Positions 39,535 through 53,659 of a stretch of 64,000 nucleotides of DNA are shown here, piece by piece. The stretch spans positions 1,736,001-1,800,000 of the forward strand of contig CDRNST010000180.1 in assembly GCA_977016875.1 (NCBI GenBank). Direction: 5' to 3'. The translations under genes and the position numbers were made by a program. This DNA is from Pavona decussata (taxonomy: Eukaryota). The first letter of the stretch is position 1. Every line of letters starts with the position of its first letter. The notes under the pieces were generated by a model that was given only the letters and a program-made list of their open reading frames with translations, did not search any database and had not been told where the DNA came from.

Positions 39535-39882
39535 ATGTCCTCATCGAGTGAAGAGCAATTGACAGAAGATTTATCGCACGGCAATGACGAGACACAAAAG
39601 AAGAAACGGCGTCGCAAGGTTTTGAAAAGACGCGGACCTCGATTGACCGGCGTGAGCAAGCAACGCAAAAAAGCAAACGCACGCGAGAGAAACCGGGTGA
39701 ACATCTTGAACAACTACATTCAACTTCTACGGACTCTCATTCCTGAATCAGAAGAGAGGGCTACCAAGTTCGATGTGATTATTGGAGCCGCGACGTACAT
39801 CTCCCAGCTAACGTCGATTTTACAAGAAGAAGAGAAAACGGAATCGATGGATGGTAGAGATTTGTTCAAACTGGACTGCTGA
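39535..39882 (+). CDS. bHLH gene 6, Paraxis-related paralogue (apparently single coding exon)
   Basis: RRGPRLTGVSKQRKKANARERNRVNILNNYIQLLRTLIPESEERATKFDVIIGAATYISQL. ATG-to-TGA ORF. AATAAA at 40209. Confidence 0.9.
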   Translation: MSSSSEEQLTEDLSHGNDETQKKKRRRKVLKRRGPRLTGVSKQRKKANARERNRVNILNNYIQLLRTLIPESEERATKFDVIIGAATYISQLTSILQEEEKTESMDGRDLFKLDC

Positions 39883-42731
39883 TTAGACTCGGCGCAGACA
39901 GCCGAGTTAAGGACTCACATGGTATTCATGCAATACAAAGTTTTAGATCTCGGTTATAATACAAATATTAAGGAATTCAAAGACGAGTTTAGGGTCAAGT
40001 TTATTTTAGCTCAAGACAGTGACAGCTAGGAAACTCCTAATGCAAGTTTTCAAATCCCGAGTTTAAACGAAAACACATGGTATCCATGCAATTTTAGAGC
40101 TCGCGTATAAAAATCAATCCATCGAGAAAGTCAAAGATAGCTTCGAATTTTAATTTAGATAGGCCGAACGATTTCCGTTAAAGAATACAGTGGCATATTC
40201 TAACATGTAATAAAATTCAAGTTGTCAAAAGTATGACGCGTGAGTGATACAAAATGTCGGTTGAATTTGTAGCGAATTTATGGAAACGCTGCAGTAGCGA
40301 TGTCTCGCTGCTAAGTATTCATATTGTGAAACTTCGCATGATTTCAATGCCTCATTATGTGTGTACGATCAAAACTGCTCGATCACCCGTGCGGTTTGAT
40401 TGCTATCGAGGCGCCGGATAAACCTCTAAACTGGCCAACTCTTTCCCAGGCTTCCTCTATTGAATTGAACAGCAGAAACCTTCAACGAGCAGGATATCTT
40501 CATTCGTTATCGAAAAAAAGAAGTCTTAGTTTCACTTAGCTGCTTTCGAATGGCTGAGCACAAGGTATTTATTTAGTTGTTTAATAAAATTGAGTCAGGG
40601 TATGAAATTGTCAAACACGCGAGAGTAATTATCTGTGAAAATATATGCACGATTTTTCCCTGAGGCTAGAGTTATTGTATTTATACCGAAAAGTCGGTCA
40701 GCGAAGTGATTAAAAAGGTCGTCTACAGTTCCATTTTGCGGAATAAAACCTATTCAGTTATGGGTTTCTAAGCTAAACTCATCGGTTCTGTTGTTCAACT
40801 TTGTTTTATGAAAAAATTGAAAAGTTTTGAGTTGTATCAATTAATAACTGTTTAAGCGCATTTTTGTTCAGCTAGATCAGTTTGACACCAATTTAAACTT
40901 GTATCCTTCGGCCTCTTTCAAAATCAGTCGAACGGAAAAGACCATCAGAATTCAGGCTTCAATCGCCGTGATAAATAAAGCTTACATCGTTAATACTTAA
41001 TTTGTTGGGCATAGCCTCTTCAACTGGTTCTCATAATTTGGTATTTCTGAGGTTCATGCTTAAAGTCGGACGAAATATCCACTGGCACGCGAAAGTTAAA
41101 GTTGCGCTTAAGAAACTTGTTTTGAAAAAGTTTTAAATTCTTGACCCCCCAGTTTACTTTGACGAAGTTACCTGCTGCGAAAGTCAAGTAAAGCAAAGCA
41201 TATTTAAGAGATGATTCCCATCTATTCAAAGACCAAATGATAACAATACTGTTGCATTTCTACAAGGCTAGGTGGTTTAAGAATGTGAGCGTAATTCAGT
41301 AGAATAAACCATAACATTCGGTAAGTATATTTTCTTTCTTGCCCTTTAATTAGCTTTAATACTTTTAATTGCTCTTCAGCGCTTTTTGCATTTAAAAGGC
41401 CGCTGAACTAATCATTTGACCTCGCTTATTACAATTCCCCGGTATCCGGTTATATGCATCTAAATTGTTTTTCGTTGTAAGTGCAAATTTTCAGCTACGA
41501 AATTAGGATCTCCGTTGGTTCATTTCGCAAAAAATAAAAATGTACTCATTTATCTTAGCAACCATCATGGCTTGCTTGTATCGAGATGTTGGTAGGCCAT
41601 TGACTGAAAATAAAAACTCGACTTAAGAGACTCGACTCAAATCTTCTGGTGCATGGAGGCTTTTATTTTGCATAAAAAGCAATTTGGTGTGAGCTGGTTA
41701 TTTCGGGTGCACTATTAAAATGCACATCGGTGAGCGCCATATTAGGCAAAGGAACTTAGACTTTAATATGACCACTATTAAAAAAAAGTTATTGTTTAAG
41801 AAAATTGCTTATTGAGCCTTGTACTGAATGAGCAGTAGGCCCGGCCCCTGAAGTAAATCTCTGATTTATACGCCCAATAAGATAAGGTAATAACTATTTT
41901 CATTTGTCATCCTTCAATTCTACCTCGAGTATCAGTCAAAGAAGCGAATAACTTAACGTTTCTGTATCACTAATAAATTGTCGCTGGAAAATCTTGATCG
42001 GGATAAACTAGCGAAAAACTCCGACGATTACCGACGAGGCCCCGACAAACGTCCAAATTGCAATTGATTAAACTCTCTATGTCAGCCGTGACTTGTTCCC
42101 TGCCGTGTTAGGTCATTTGGATCAGTAGGATTGATTCAATAGGCTTTGACTTTAATTCTTTAACAACACATGCAAAAAGGCAAACAAACAAAATCTATTT
42201 TCCTTTCTGAAACCTCTAGTTTTGTAGTTTAGGGCCTTTCTGAGTAAAACAAAGTTTCTTAGCTGATAATTGGATGGAACTCTGGGTTTTGATTCAGTAG
42301 AAAGCTGGGAGGGGCGACCTATACCGTTTGCAATGTCGTACATGGTTGGTTGAGAGGACAAAAGAACGAACAACGGAACAATGTTCCCAACCCTAAAAAA
42401 CAATGTAGCTTAGCTACAGGTTATAAGGGCGCGGTGAAAATAAAGATTTCGAAAGGTGCAGCTCTATTGATCTGGGATTCCTGCATCTATCCAAATACAA
42501 CGCAGTCTTCACTGTGCTCTCAATAATTTCCTGCAACCAAATCTCTGTATGTTGATATGATTGAATTCATCCTCTTGACCAGTTCAGAATGGAGGTTTAT
42601 TATCAACCTTTTTTAGTTAACTCCCTTTTGGCAAAAGCTTAACCCAAAGTTCAGTCAAAATTTCATCCTGACTTTGATAAGTGTTTAAATGCATCACAGC
42701 CAGCTCTCTTCAATTAAACAGGATTTCAACG

Positions 42732-43157
42732 ATGGTTAATTCAACGCTATGCGCCGTACGAGTCCTGCCCACCCGTGTTCCTCCTATGTGCAAGTTACAA
42801 ACAACAACGATCCCCACACCGCTGGTACAAGGAAAGAAAAAACACAGAAGACGAGGTCCGCGGCTAACTGGTGTAAGCAAGCAAAGAAAGTCTGCAAATG
42901 CGCGCGAAAGAAACCGCGTGCGTGTTATAAACAACGCCCTGGAGACGCTGCTAGATCTAATACCGTTGTTGCCAACGGAGAAACGGCCTTCCAAGATAGA
43001 GACCGTTCGTTTGGCAGCGCTGTATATCCATCATTTGACGGAACTGTTAACAAAAGTTAGAAGAAACGGACCGGCTATCGATCAAGGGCAGGGAAAATGC
43101 GAGACATATAGCGTTGAGATGAAACAGGAACAAATTGTAGAGCAAGACTTTGTTTGA
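42732..43157 (+). CDS. bHLH gene 7, Paraxis-related paralogue (apparently single coding exon)
   Basis: RRGPRLTGVSKQRKSANARERNRVRVINNALETLLDLIPLLPTEKRPSKIETVRLAALYIHHL. First ATG at 42732 (alternative 42786). Confidence 0.9.
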   Translation: MVNSTLCAVRVLPTRVPPMCKLQTTTIPTPLVQGKKKHRRRGPRLTGVSKQRKSANARERNRVRVINNALETLLDLIPLLPTEKRPSKIETVRLAALYIHHLTELLTKVRRNGPAIDQGQGKCETYSVEMKQEQIVEQDFV

Positions 43158-46100
43158 TAAAAAAAATTGACAATTGAGAACGTCCTCAAGTAAGGATACG
43201 TTTTCGGGGAGAAAAACTTTAATTGTGTTTGTAAACCCCGGGCTAGACAAAAGCGACAGTCGACGAGAGCTCAATTTTAAGAGCTCGCTAGACTGAAAGA
43301 GTGTACATGAGAATTTGAACTCAGCGAAACGGTTTCCCTCTGACGAAGGGTTAACGCTCTAAACGTCAGCTCTTGAATGTCTTTACGATGGCCTAAGCTA
43401 GTTTCTTCGTTAGAAAACCTCCCATGTCCTTCCTAATAAAAATTCGATTGAAACACTTTGCTGTGAAAAGAATTCGAGGTATCTTTCATATTGGAAGAGT
43501 GATTAAAAATAATATTTTTATTGTTATATGGTGGTATTTATCCAGGACTGCAAGCAGGCTATTATTAAAAAAAATTCGGAGCATGAGAATTGCCCCTCTT
43601 CGAGCTCGCCGCGATTATTCTACCTTGCATGAGATCAATGTTCTGGCAATCTATACTTGTCTCAAACTGAATATTGAAACGGTTAACAGTTTTCAAACTG
43701 AACGGAGACATGCATTGATTTGGTGTTGGCACTGTTTGTTTAGCCCCTTTTTGCGGCGCCAAACTGAGTCTGGTTTTTTATTCATTTTGGTTTGAAATAG
43801 GCCTAGGGTATAGATTTTAACAATTTTGATCTGAAAGTCTAATAACGGGTATAGATTTTACAGAAACGGCGTAGTATGGATTCTGCCAATGGAGGTCTGA
43901 AAAGGGGTGCCGGAAAATTACCTGTTTTGGTCTGAAATAGGATCAAAGTTGGAAAACCAAGCTACACACCCCACCTCAAATTCTGAGGAGTACCTCCCGA
44001 TATACAACCCCACTTTATAAGGGGGGTGTGAGTGCCGGACTCTCTGTTCCAGGGAAACAAAGTACGTGACGTCAGAGCGTCTGGTAATTGAGTTACACGA
44101 CTGATGTGCGCGTCCTTCGTGTACCGGCAAACTGAGACTGTCAGTTATTGTTATTCCAGGGCCCTAAGCAGTGATAAGGTTTCGTTTTGATGGTAATTCA
44201 TCACATTCCTGGCTTGAATTTGTTTTATGTTTGCTAAGGTTAATTTCTCAGGTCCTCCTGTGGGTTTGTCGTGGAAATTAAGTGATAAATAGAACCTGTA
44301 TATGTTTATGCTGCGAACTGTTTGTGTTGATGCTAAACTACGGTGATCATAAAGCTTAGAGGAGGCTCCTCTATGAGGGATGAAGTTAGTTAAGGAACCG
44401 ACAGCAAGATGGCGGTAGGTAAACAAAAACTTGAACCACCAGGAATATGAAGAGTGTCAAGCTAAGTGCGAGGTAAAGAAGATTTGGCTGTTGGCGATTT
44501 TAAAATAGTGCAAGAGAGAGCAATTTAAGCTTTTCTGTGACGTTATGGGGAGTATGTGGGAAAAAACTGATTTCCAATATTACTGAATCACGTCGGCATT
44601 TGGATCTTTGTGTTTTATCATGGTTTGACCTCACGTTTCGTGAAAAAGCCTTTAAATCACTTTTAAACCTTTTTTGCACACGTTAGTGTAAGTTACTGAC
44701 ATTCTTTTCAACCGCAATTATCTTTGTGCGAACCGGCGGAGCAGGGGCTGTTTAATCCGATGATAAGGAGAGGGCGATAGACTCGAGCTACCTTAACCTC
44801 CAAATTCATAAATAGCAAGTTTAAAAGAATGAAGAAAAGACTTGAGCAATCGAAAACTCATTCAGATTGTTGTCGCACTTGCCGTTTTCTTTTAGAGCTT
44901 CGGTAAGAGTGTTTCTATGTGGGACAAAACGTCCTTTTTATACGACTTTTTCAATAACGAGTTTTCATCTGTACACTGTAGGGCGCAAGCAAATTTGCGT
45001 ATCTCCTTCTTGTTTCTCTGACTGGGTAGAAGTGATGTATGTTTTAAAAGATCCGCTGATCTGTTTTGTTTGTTAAGCGGCCAACAAAGACGTTTTTGTT
45101 TTGATAAAAACAGTTTTTGCAGAAAAACGGCTCAACTAGCGAAGGGGACAGTGTAAACAAAAACGAGACATTAGAAAATACTTTTAAGCCCTGTTTTTCT
45201 TTATCTTGAGCAAATGTGTGCAATACATTATCTCCACTTCTGCACGTGTTTTTTTTTTTTCCACTGTACAGGTTTCTCCATGTTTGGTAAAAGAAGAAAT
45301 TCCTATCTTGTTAATATCGCTGGAAATGATAAGACCTCTAAAAGACTAGGAAAAGGTAAATAGTTGTTTATATACCCCGCGAAAGTTTAAAAAAAGACAC
45401 GTACTTAATGACTACCGAACGCAACCATACCGCCTTGGCGGCCATTTTGGAATTGATTGAAAATTTGCTTCAATTTTTCATTGGTGCGATTTTCGATTCC
45501 AATCCTTTCATTGTTTCAGGGATATCCAGCCGATCGGCTGTTGTACCCATTATGTAAATCACGATGACTGTGGTCGTTATCTCACGCCTTTTCAGCCTTA
45601 ATGTTTAATTAACCGAACATAACCAAATACCGATAAAGGAAAAGACACCCACACAACCCAGGCAACTACTTGAGAAACTCACTTTCCAAAACGAAACAAG
45701 CTCGCGAAAAAAGGCTATAGTTCGACATTCGATTTATAAGAGAGCTAATTGACAATGTTGGGGGTTGTTTCTTGCTGTTGCAAAATACTTTTGTCATCTG
45801 AAGCACGGGATACATTTCTAAGTTCGATCATTAGAGAGCTGAAAACACTTGTCATCGCTCACAAAGTATTTATTCTCAATGATGCCGCCTTAGTCACAAC
45901 TGTTATATTCGGCCTTAGTGAAAATCCATCCCGCATTTAGAAATATCATTGAACTATTGAAACTCGTATGCTATATCCTGCTCGAAAGTTTTAAGGGAAA
46001 CAGTTTTTCCCAAGAAGAAAAAAAAGAACTTGCGAAAAACCGTAAAAAAAAAAAAGAAGTAAAAAAGTGGGGCACGTATGCCTTCTTATCGCTACAATTT

Positions 46101-46688
46101 GTTTTTGCTTTCCATCCAATTCTCTTCCCAAATAATAATTCGTTATCAGGAAGGACAACTTGTTTTATTTGATTTGAACTGACGTTTTATTTTACAAAGA
46201 GAAAACAAGCTAACATGAAATCAATAACATGCTTCATAATACCTCACAGCTTGAGAACTATTAAAGTTATATGGCCTGAAGGTCGGTGTAATAATGTATT
46301 TACTATCATCACTAATTATGAAATTTTAAAACTCGTGATACGCCTTTAAATTAATGCCAAGTGGTTACTCTCTTTTCCAAGGCCCAGCCTTGTTTAAGCG
46401 TTTTATAACTCTATAACTACAATAATGTTCCACGGAAGTGATGAGTTCATTGTGTGTCTTCTATGATCACCAGCCACTTCAATAAGCTCTTCAAATAGTA
46501 ATTGATACGTTCGTCTACAGACAGTCAATTTTCAGTTCAAAGAAGCCTCCGAGTCTACGAAGGAAAATGCAAGCACTATTTTAAAACACGCCAAACCAGA
46601 ACTAATGCAGAGGAAAGCAACATCTGTTAAACTATTTATTTAGTGTTATTTTTCGCAGTGTAACTTTCTTTAAAAATCTTAGAAGACG

Positions 46689-46702
46689 TTAAAGGCCTTT
46701 AC
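46689..46702 (-). CDS. bHLH gene 8 predicted exon 2 (GKGL*)
   Basis: Acceptor TATTATTTCTTTCAG| at 46703. AATAAA on the minus strand at 46635-46640. Confidence 0.5.
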
Positions 46703-46879
46703 CTGAAAGAAATAATAGTTCGCTAAGATCTAGTTCTGACAACGAAGAGCAACCACCGTCGAGGCCAAAAAGATCGGCAACTGAAAGTAAAACACAAAAA
46801 TACCGTCAGCAGATCAATGATACAGCAACAGCGTTGAGAAAGATGTGTTTATCAGTCGGTGACACAGCCTATATACTAG

Positions 46880-47010
46880 GAAAAAAGGAAATCCGAGTTC
46901 TCCTCAGTAACAGGAGTCGAACCTATGACCTTCCAATTACTCAAATTCGGATGCTCTACCACTGAGCCGTGATAGGAGATTCATGGGAGCTAGGACATTA
47001 AACTAGGTTG
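46880..47010 (-). mobile_element. tRNA-derived SINE fragment in the predicted gene 8 intron
   Basis: GGAGTCGAACCTATGACC...GCTCTACCACTGAGC is the reverse complement of tRNA B/A boxes. Relatives at ~49230-49330, ~49780-49920 and 16545-16640 (+). Confidence 0.65.
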
Positions 47011-47050
47011 AAGAACAAGAACTACTGTAAGTACAATAATCATGTCTGAC

Positions 47051-47405
47051 CTGTTACATCTATTAGGGTAAGGTCCAAGCTCTGTGAGACATGTACCACA
47101 TCAACAGCATTTTCTGATGTGGTCGTGTCCACTGGTTTCTCTGTCTTCTGCAGCAATTCTGTGAGAAATTCAATATAAGTCGCTGCCATCCATATGACTT
47201 CAGTCTTAGTTGGCCGCTTCTCGTATGGAGACAGTGGAATAAGCTCGCGTAGATTTTCAATATGTGTATTCAAGGCCTGTACTCTTCGTCTTTCACGTTC
47301 GTTGGCCATTTTACGTTGCTTGCTCACACCCGTCAGCCGAGGTGGCCGGCGTTTGTTCTTCTTCCGCGATGTTCTTTTCTCGATCTCTTGGGGCTCTTTT
47401 CCCAT
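47051..47405 (-). CDS. bHLH gene 8, Paraxis-related paralogue, exon 1
   Basis: RRPPRLTGVSKQRKMANERERRRVQALNTHIENLRELIPLSPYEKRPTKTEVIWMAATYIEFL. ATG at 47405 (in-frame upstream ATG at 47492). Donor G|GTCAGA at 47050 (phase 1). Unspliced stop at 47040. Confidence 0.9.
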
Positions 47406-50400
47406 TCTACCTATGTTGGCCGTTTTACCTGACGTTTCCCGACTTAATTTACCTTGATATGCACTGCCGCGTGGCGTATGAGAAATAAACATATACAAAC
47501 AATGTTGAACCTAAAATAGGAGACGCAACACAAACAATCTCCTCCCATTTGCTTCGGCGAGTCTTCAAGATCCAGTTACTCCTCGCGGGAACGCCAAAAT
47601 GCGGTTCCAATAAAGTGAAATATAAACGCTGGAAGTCGATATTTCTTTTGACACGTGAAAAGTAAACGTTTCCTGGGTCAACAAAGTAGTTTACCCTTTT
47701 GTCAACGTACAAATCCTTGCAACTCACTCGAATACCGACCCGGAGGCACACCGCACTAAACATTACCGGAAAGGATTATAAAAACAAGGTTCATCATGCA
47801 TCTCAGGTCAGACGCCTCATCACGTCAAGTGAAAGGTCATTGTAGTAGTAAACACTGGATATTACTGGGAAAAAAATGAATAAAATCATTTCGAACCCAC
47901 GACCAAATCACTGAGTGGTTAAGTTATATATTGTTCTGATGAGAGGTTTAACAAATGGAATGCTTATTCTATCGTGATCAGATCGAGTGGCAGCTATAAC
48001 CGGAAATTGTTTTCCGACGGTACAACTTATAACGTCATCACCAGTTGTTAATTACTGAACATTTGAGCGGGCAAGAACAAGAAAAACTATCTTTTTAGCT
48101 TTTAACGCAACTTGCTGGCTCAACAATTGAAGTTAAATTTCTATAAAAAGGTTGGTTTTGCACAAAACCAAAGGGTGCAGATTGGACTGCCAAACCGTGG
48201 ATTGTTGAATCTCTTTCCAAGAATGCGTCAGAGCCAGGGAGGGATACCTCAGCTATTTTTGGCTATGTTCTTATAAATCAGTATTTCTAGACCTGTTAAA
48301 TTATTAGGTGGACACTATGAGCAAATCTAAAACAGCTGATCTCTGTTATGATTGGCGGTGAAGACGTTAATTGGAAAGCAATCGAGCGCATAGTGGAAGA
48401 AACAATTAACTTCAGGAAATTGTTAAAATGGGGTCTTCAAACATACCTTCGGCTAAATATATCTCCCGAGTTAGAAATGCTTCGGTTTTAGTGGTTTGAT
48501 TGGGAAACCAACCCTAGTATAAAATATTAGCTTGCTAGTTGGAGGGAACTCTTATTTACAGCGATGTACTGAGATCTGAATTCCTTCCAATTCATACTCT
48601 GTACAAATGTAAAGTCTGAAAGTTATTAATTTCGAAAAGGCCTTAAAATGTTTGAGCAGAGCATTTGCTATGACTTTGAACCTCATTTCACTGCACTGAA
48701 ATTTAAGAAACATAACCGAGGTTTAAAGTTTTCAACCGAAACCGATATCACCGGAAATGAGCGAAACTTATTTCTCCATCAGTTCAGTTGAGAGAAAGAA
48801 TTCAATGTTTTATCAAGAACAGCAGATGTTTACCGCAAATTTGTGGGACTTTTTTTTCAGATCTAGTCATTTTACCTCTTCCGCCAAGATGGATTCGCTT
48901 GTGTTAAGTGGAAAAAATATATATTCAAAAAGGGCCGAAATGTCTCTAACTTAGATTGCTAGAACCGTAGTTTACTTTTTCTGTCAAAAATGGTCTACAA
49001 AAGGGTAAGGGTTTGGACCTTAGGGCGGAATCTCCTCGTATAATATAAAACTTTGTTGTGTACTCCCTCCCTACGGGGGGCTTGGCTGACGAAAACTAAC
49101 CTCTTGCGAAATTGAAATGCATGAAGGTATTTGAGAGTCGCTAGTTTGAGTAAATTCATTTTGGGAAGAATGTGATGGCCTGGTTAGTGAAATGAGAACG
49201 ATGTATTTTATTAGTAATTTTCACAGGCAGACTCGGAAAAAGAAAGTCCAAGTCGGACAGGAGTCGAACCCATGACGTGCCTTAATCATTAATAGTCCGG
49301 ATGCTCCATTGAGCTATGTAGACTCACGAAAACAATGTCAACTTGTGTCTTTTACGACCTCTACAGCGGGAAAGACTGTCATCACGCTACCAGCTAATGA
49401 TTTGCGTATTTCACTGCCGTCAATCATAATTACGGCGACTATTGACTGACCACCAAGTACAGAAACCGACAAAGTGGATCGAAATCCTCCAATCGCAGCG
49501 CAGGAACATGACCCTTTGACCCCGTTGAAGCAAACGCCCTTTTTTCTAAGAGGTCCGCTGTAGTGATTGACGGCAGTGAAAAGCGTAACGGTTGGTTGAA
49601 TTTTGAACTTCAGTGTCCGCATGTTACTGGAAGGCGCAGTAATTTAGAGAGCAAATATTCACGTTGAAGAGATGATGGATCCCAGAGTAACAAAAGCAAT
49701 ATGGCGGTCCTTCCAGACTTAGTGCTCACTTTCCATCCCATATTACATTACGCTTCACCAGGAAATTGAAACTCTTTGTGTGTGTATAGGAGACTTTGTG
49801 GGAGCAAGGCCAGGTGTGAAAAACAGTCTGCATACAAATTCAATTACTAGTTTGGAAGCTCTACCACTGAGTGCGCTACAGGAGACTTGGCCATTTAAAC
49901 TAGGTTCACGTGACAAAGATACCATCTGGTCTCACTCCCACGCGTAGAGGTATCCGGACTAAGGATCGAAAGATCCCAGGTTCGGATTTTTTGCGAGTAA
50001 ATGCCTGTGTCGCTGGCTGATAACATAGGAAAGTTATGACTGACAAAGTACATCCTTATTAGAGGTTTTGGGGATTGTACTGAAATGAAAATAATAAGAA
50101 CAAAAATATCGGAGTTGCTTTTTCTTCTACTGCACTAGAAGTAAGAGCACAGTTACAACTGAGGTTAGCTTTCACCAGTCACCTCTCCAGTCAAACCATC
50201 GAATCATAGTTTTCCTTTAATTTGTCATCGCCCATGCAGTTTATATAGTCACACTAAAGGAGACTTATAAAGAAGCCGACATCATGCTCTGAAATGGTTC
50301 TGTGAAAAAAATGCGACAATTATACTATTATAATATCGTGGAGATTTAAACTCTTGACCATCCACTAACAGTATGCCGTCACCTGAGACCCTGTAAATAA

Positions 50401-50506
50401 AACCATGGATAAAACACAATTGGTTACTAGTTTCCTGAGGGGACGACCTGGGAAGCCAAACTAATTAAGTTCTTTCTAATTTTGTAGGCAGGTTTTATCA
50501 ATTTAA

Positions 50507-50736
50507 GGCTGCGTTCGATTGACTGTATTCCGGAGTAGGAATACATACAATGATGACAAGAAAATCCCTCATAAGAGGTTTTTGGAGTTACTGGGGTACG
50601 AGATGACTCTTAAATTCTCATGTGTCAGCGAAAGTTTGCAGAAATTAATGTCTTCCCAAATTTACTTAAAAAGAGATTGAATCTAACAGCTATTCCACTT
50701 ACTCTTATTCCGGAATACGGACAATCGAACGCAACT
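50507..50736. mobile_element. PIF/Harbinger-type MITE
   Basis: TGCGTTCGATTG...TATTCCGGA and TCCGGAATACGGACAATCGAACGCA inverted ends, with TAA/TTA flanks. Confidence 0.65.
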
Positions 50737-50816
50737 TTAATGTGTTAAATATAATAGCCGAGTAAAGAATAGACCTTGAGTAAAATATAATGGTCATTAA
50801 TTTCAAAGCAAACTTC

Positions 50817-50964
50817 AGGCTTCAGATGTTTCAAGAGCGGATAACTTTATCTAGCAGATAAGTCGCTATCCAGCGGATAAAAGGTCATAAAATGAATTTT
50901 TGTCCGCTGGATAGCGATTTATCCACTGGATAGCGTTATCCACTCAGTTGAACAACCTTGGCCC
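50817..50964. mobile_element. Palindromic MITE rich in GGATA/TATCC repeats
   Basis: GCGGATAACTTTATCTAGCAGATAAGTCGCTATCCAGCGGATAA mirrors TTTGTCCGCTGGATAGCGATTTATCCACTGGATAGCGTTATCCAC. Confidence 0.65.
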
Positions 50965-53659
50965 ACTAATTAATTTTGTAATTTAACTAAAAACAGGTGG
51001 TCATGAACGATACTAGTCAAGAAGACAAAACAAAACGAGTCAGCATCATTTGATCATTTGCAGGGAAGACACTCGATAATTTTCACTACTACTAATAGAA
51101 GTAGTATGATCTTTAATTACCGAGGGTGCCACGCAATAGCATGAGCCAATAAAAATAGATAATAAAATAACAAAACTGTGCTACAAAAACGATGTACTAT
51201 TATTATTCATATTCATAATGACATGCGATAGAGTGGTTTGATCACAAAGCTATTTCATACGTCCAAACTGACATTTAGTCTTTTTACTTCTTTGTTTGAG
51301 TAGTTAAAGCTTTCTTTCTTTTCCTCCCTTTTTTGTAAAATTGAGGTGTTATACGTTATTTTTCCCTTTTGCTGTATTATGATGAATTTCGAGGTTAAAT
51401 CAAGTACATTAATCCTAGCTTCAAAGCAGACAAAACGGAAACCAACGCTCGGTGAATGAGAATTGCGGTAAATTGTTGCCATCGTCTATTGACTCCTGCA
51501 GGCAAAGCTCGATGTCGAGTAATACGGGGACGCCCTACTCGCGCCACTAAAGCTGAAAAGCATTCGAGACTTGCTCCTGCGGTCGCTTCATCAGTTTAGT
51601 TCAACTGAGAGGATCTGAAAGACAGGGATCTAGAGGCGCAGCAGAGGCAACCTCGTTCCCAGGGTCTCTCTTCGTCTCATTCGGGGATAACCTGGACAGG
51701 GACACAACCAAAACCAAAGTTGAATGTTAGAAAAGTTTTAAGAATCCTATTTATTGATTCAAGGCACTGAGACTTTAATAATAAAACTGAGGTGATCAAG
51801 TATATGTCCAGCCACCGGGGTACGGATTTTGAGCCGGTTTTTTTCTGCAAATGGGTATAGATTCAACCAGTTTGGTCTGTAACTCCCACAACGGTTATGG
51901 AGTTTTCGGGATTTTCGTAGAAACTGGCATTGGAAGATTACTTATTTTGGTCTGAAATAAGGCCACGTTTTAGAGAACGGCGCACCTTTATTTTAAATTT
52001 TCCCTTTTCCCTTTCCACAGCGTCATTGGTAGTTCTTCATCCTACAGGCTTCTGTAGATTGAATGTAATGTGAGATTATGAGGCGACGCTGGCTACAGAA
52101 GTTATCGCTAGTTATTTTGCTCAATTTGTCCAGTTTCTACACATAAAATCATTTCCAAACGATAACATGAATTCTTTTTGGAAAAGCTGACCCAGTCTTC
52201 GCTGCATGATGTTTCACATAAAGAGGAAGTATATTTTTGCGACCACCATAAAATAATTAAATTTTATGGTTTTTTATTAAATTCATTTCGATTCACACGC
52301 GTCCAAGTCTCTAACACTTGCCCGCCCAATCACCATAGGAAAGTAATATCTATTTATGTGTGTAGCGCCTAGAATTCATTCAGGATGCCTTAGGGAGTTC
52401 ACAGGAACTAACATTTGCATACCACGTCGGTACTGTTAGCTAAATATTCACCAGGGTGGTTTAATTTATTGTTACAAGTTTTTGGATTGCGTCGTCCAGT
52501 TTCTACGAGCTGTTGTTCTCCCTGCTGAGTTTAGCGTTCTTCATCATTGTCTTTTACTTTCAAGTTTCCATTGCCACAGTTTTGTAAGTATTGCTCTTAG
52601 TTGTTTATTTGTTTATTGTTAATTGTTTATTTCGCGTAGTTTGTAATTGCTTTTTTCAGCTCGCATGTTTCTTGTGGATTTCTATTTTCGGTTTTGTTTA
52701 CTGATTTCAGTTGAATCAGTTGTCATTTGTCCATCTTCGCTCATATTTCGTTTTGTATATTAAAAATGCATTCATCCTGTGGCTTGTCATCTTCATGTTC
52801 GTAGCGGTGATGGCTTCGGGCACCCACAATGTGCAATGCTTGTTAACGGCATAAACATACTAAAAGTCAATATTTCGTTTATTTTTTCGGAGCTGAGTAA
52901 AATAGGTGGTTTTCATTGCCGCCATGTTGGTGTACAAAACAAAAGGAAATTTGTTCACATAGTTTGAGGAGAGGAAAAATATCTTATTCTTCCCGGCACA
53001 CCAACATGGCCACCATGACGTCACATGCAAACCATTAGCAGCGTTCTTGAAACAGCTTGGTGCCGAAGGCTGTGTGGCCCTCAATGACTAAAAACTGCCT
53101 TCTTTTTGTGTCTAGTGCGTAAAATGTACTGGTGAATTCCATGAATCATGATCATATTTGTGGAGATTTTACTCTTTGCTCAAAAGATTTCAGTCAGTTT
53201 CCATTTCGTGATGCGTTACATGAAGTGAAGTCTGGATGTTAAGCGTCATGTAAGTAACCATGTCGATATTTAATCGTGATTCGATGCATTCGGAATCTTT
53301 CGAGATCTATACAGTATACACATCATTCGCTCGAATGCCAACGAATATTCGGAGCCAATTAAACGCGGAAAACGTTTCAGGGCGAAGTGTCAAACAATCT
53401 TCGTGCAAATCACGTGGTTTTGGAAAAGAGAGAGAGTTGTTTTGGTGAGTATTTCGTTGTGCTTTTGGAAAGAAGCGAGTGCAGTAACAACGTTCTACTC
53501 TAGTTAACTGCTATTCACAATTTAGTGTGTGTCATGTTACAGCTAAGGTGAATAAACAAAGTTGCTACATGTGCTACAGTCAATTGTTATTCACAGTTTC
53601 TGACAAAAGATGTTTTACAGTTAGGGCAATGAACACAGTTGACACATTTTTTTAATGTT

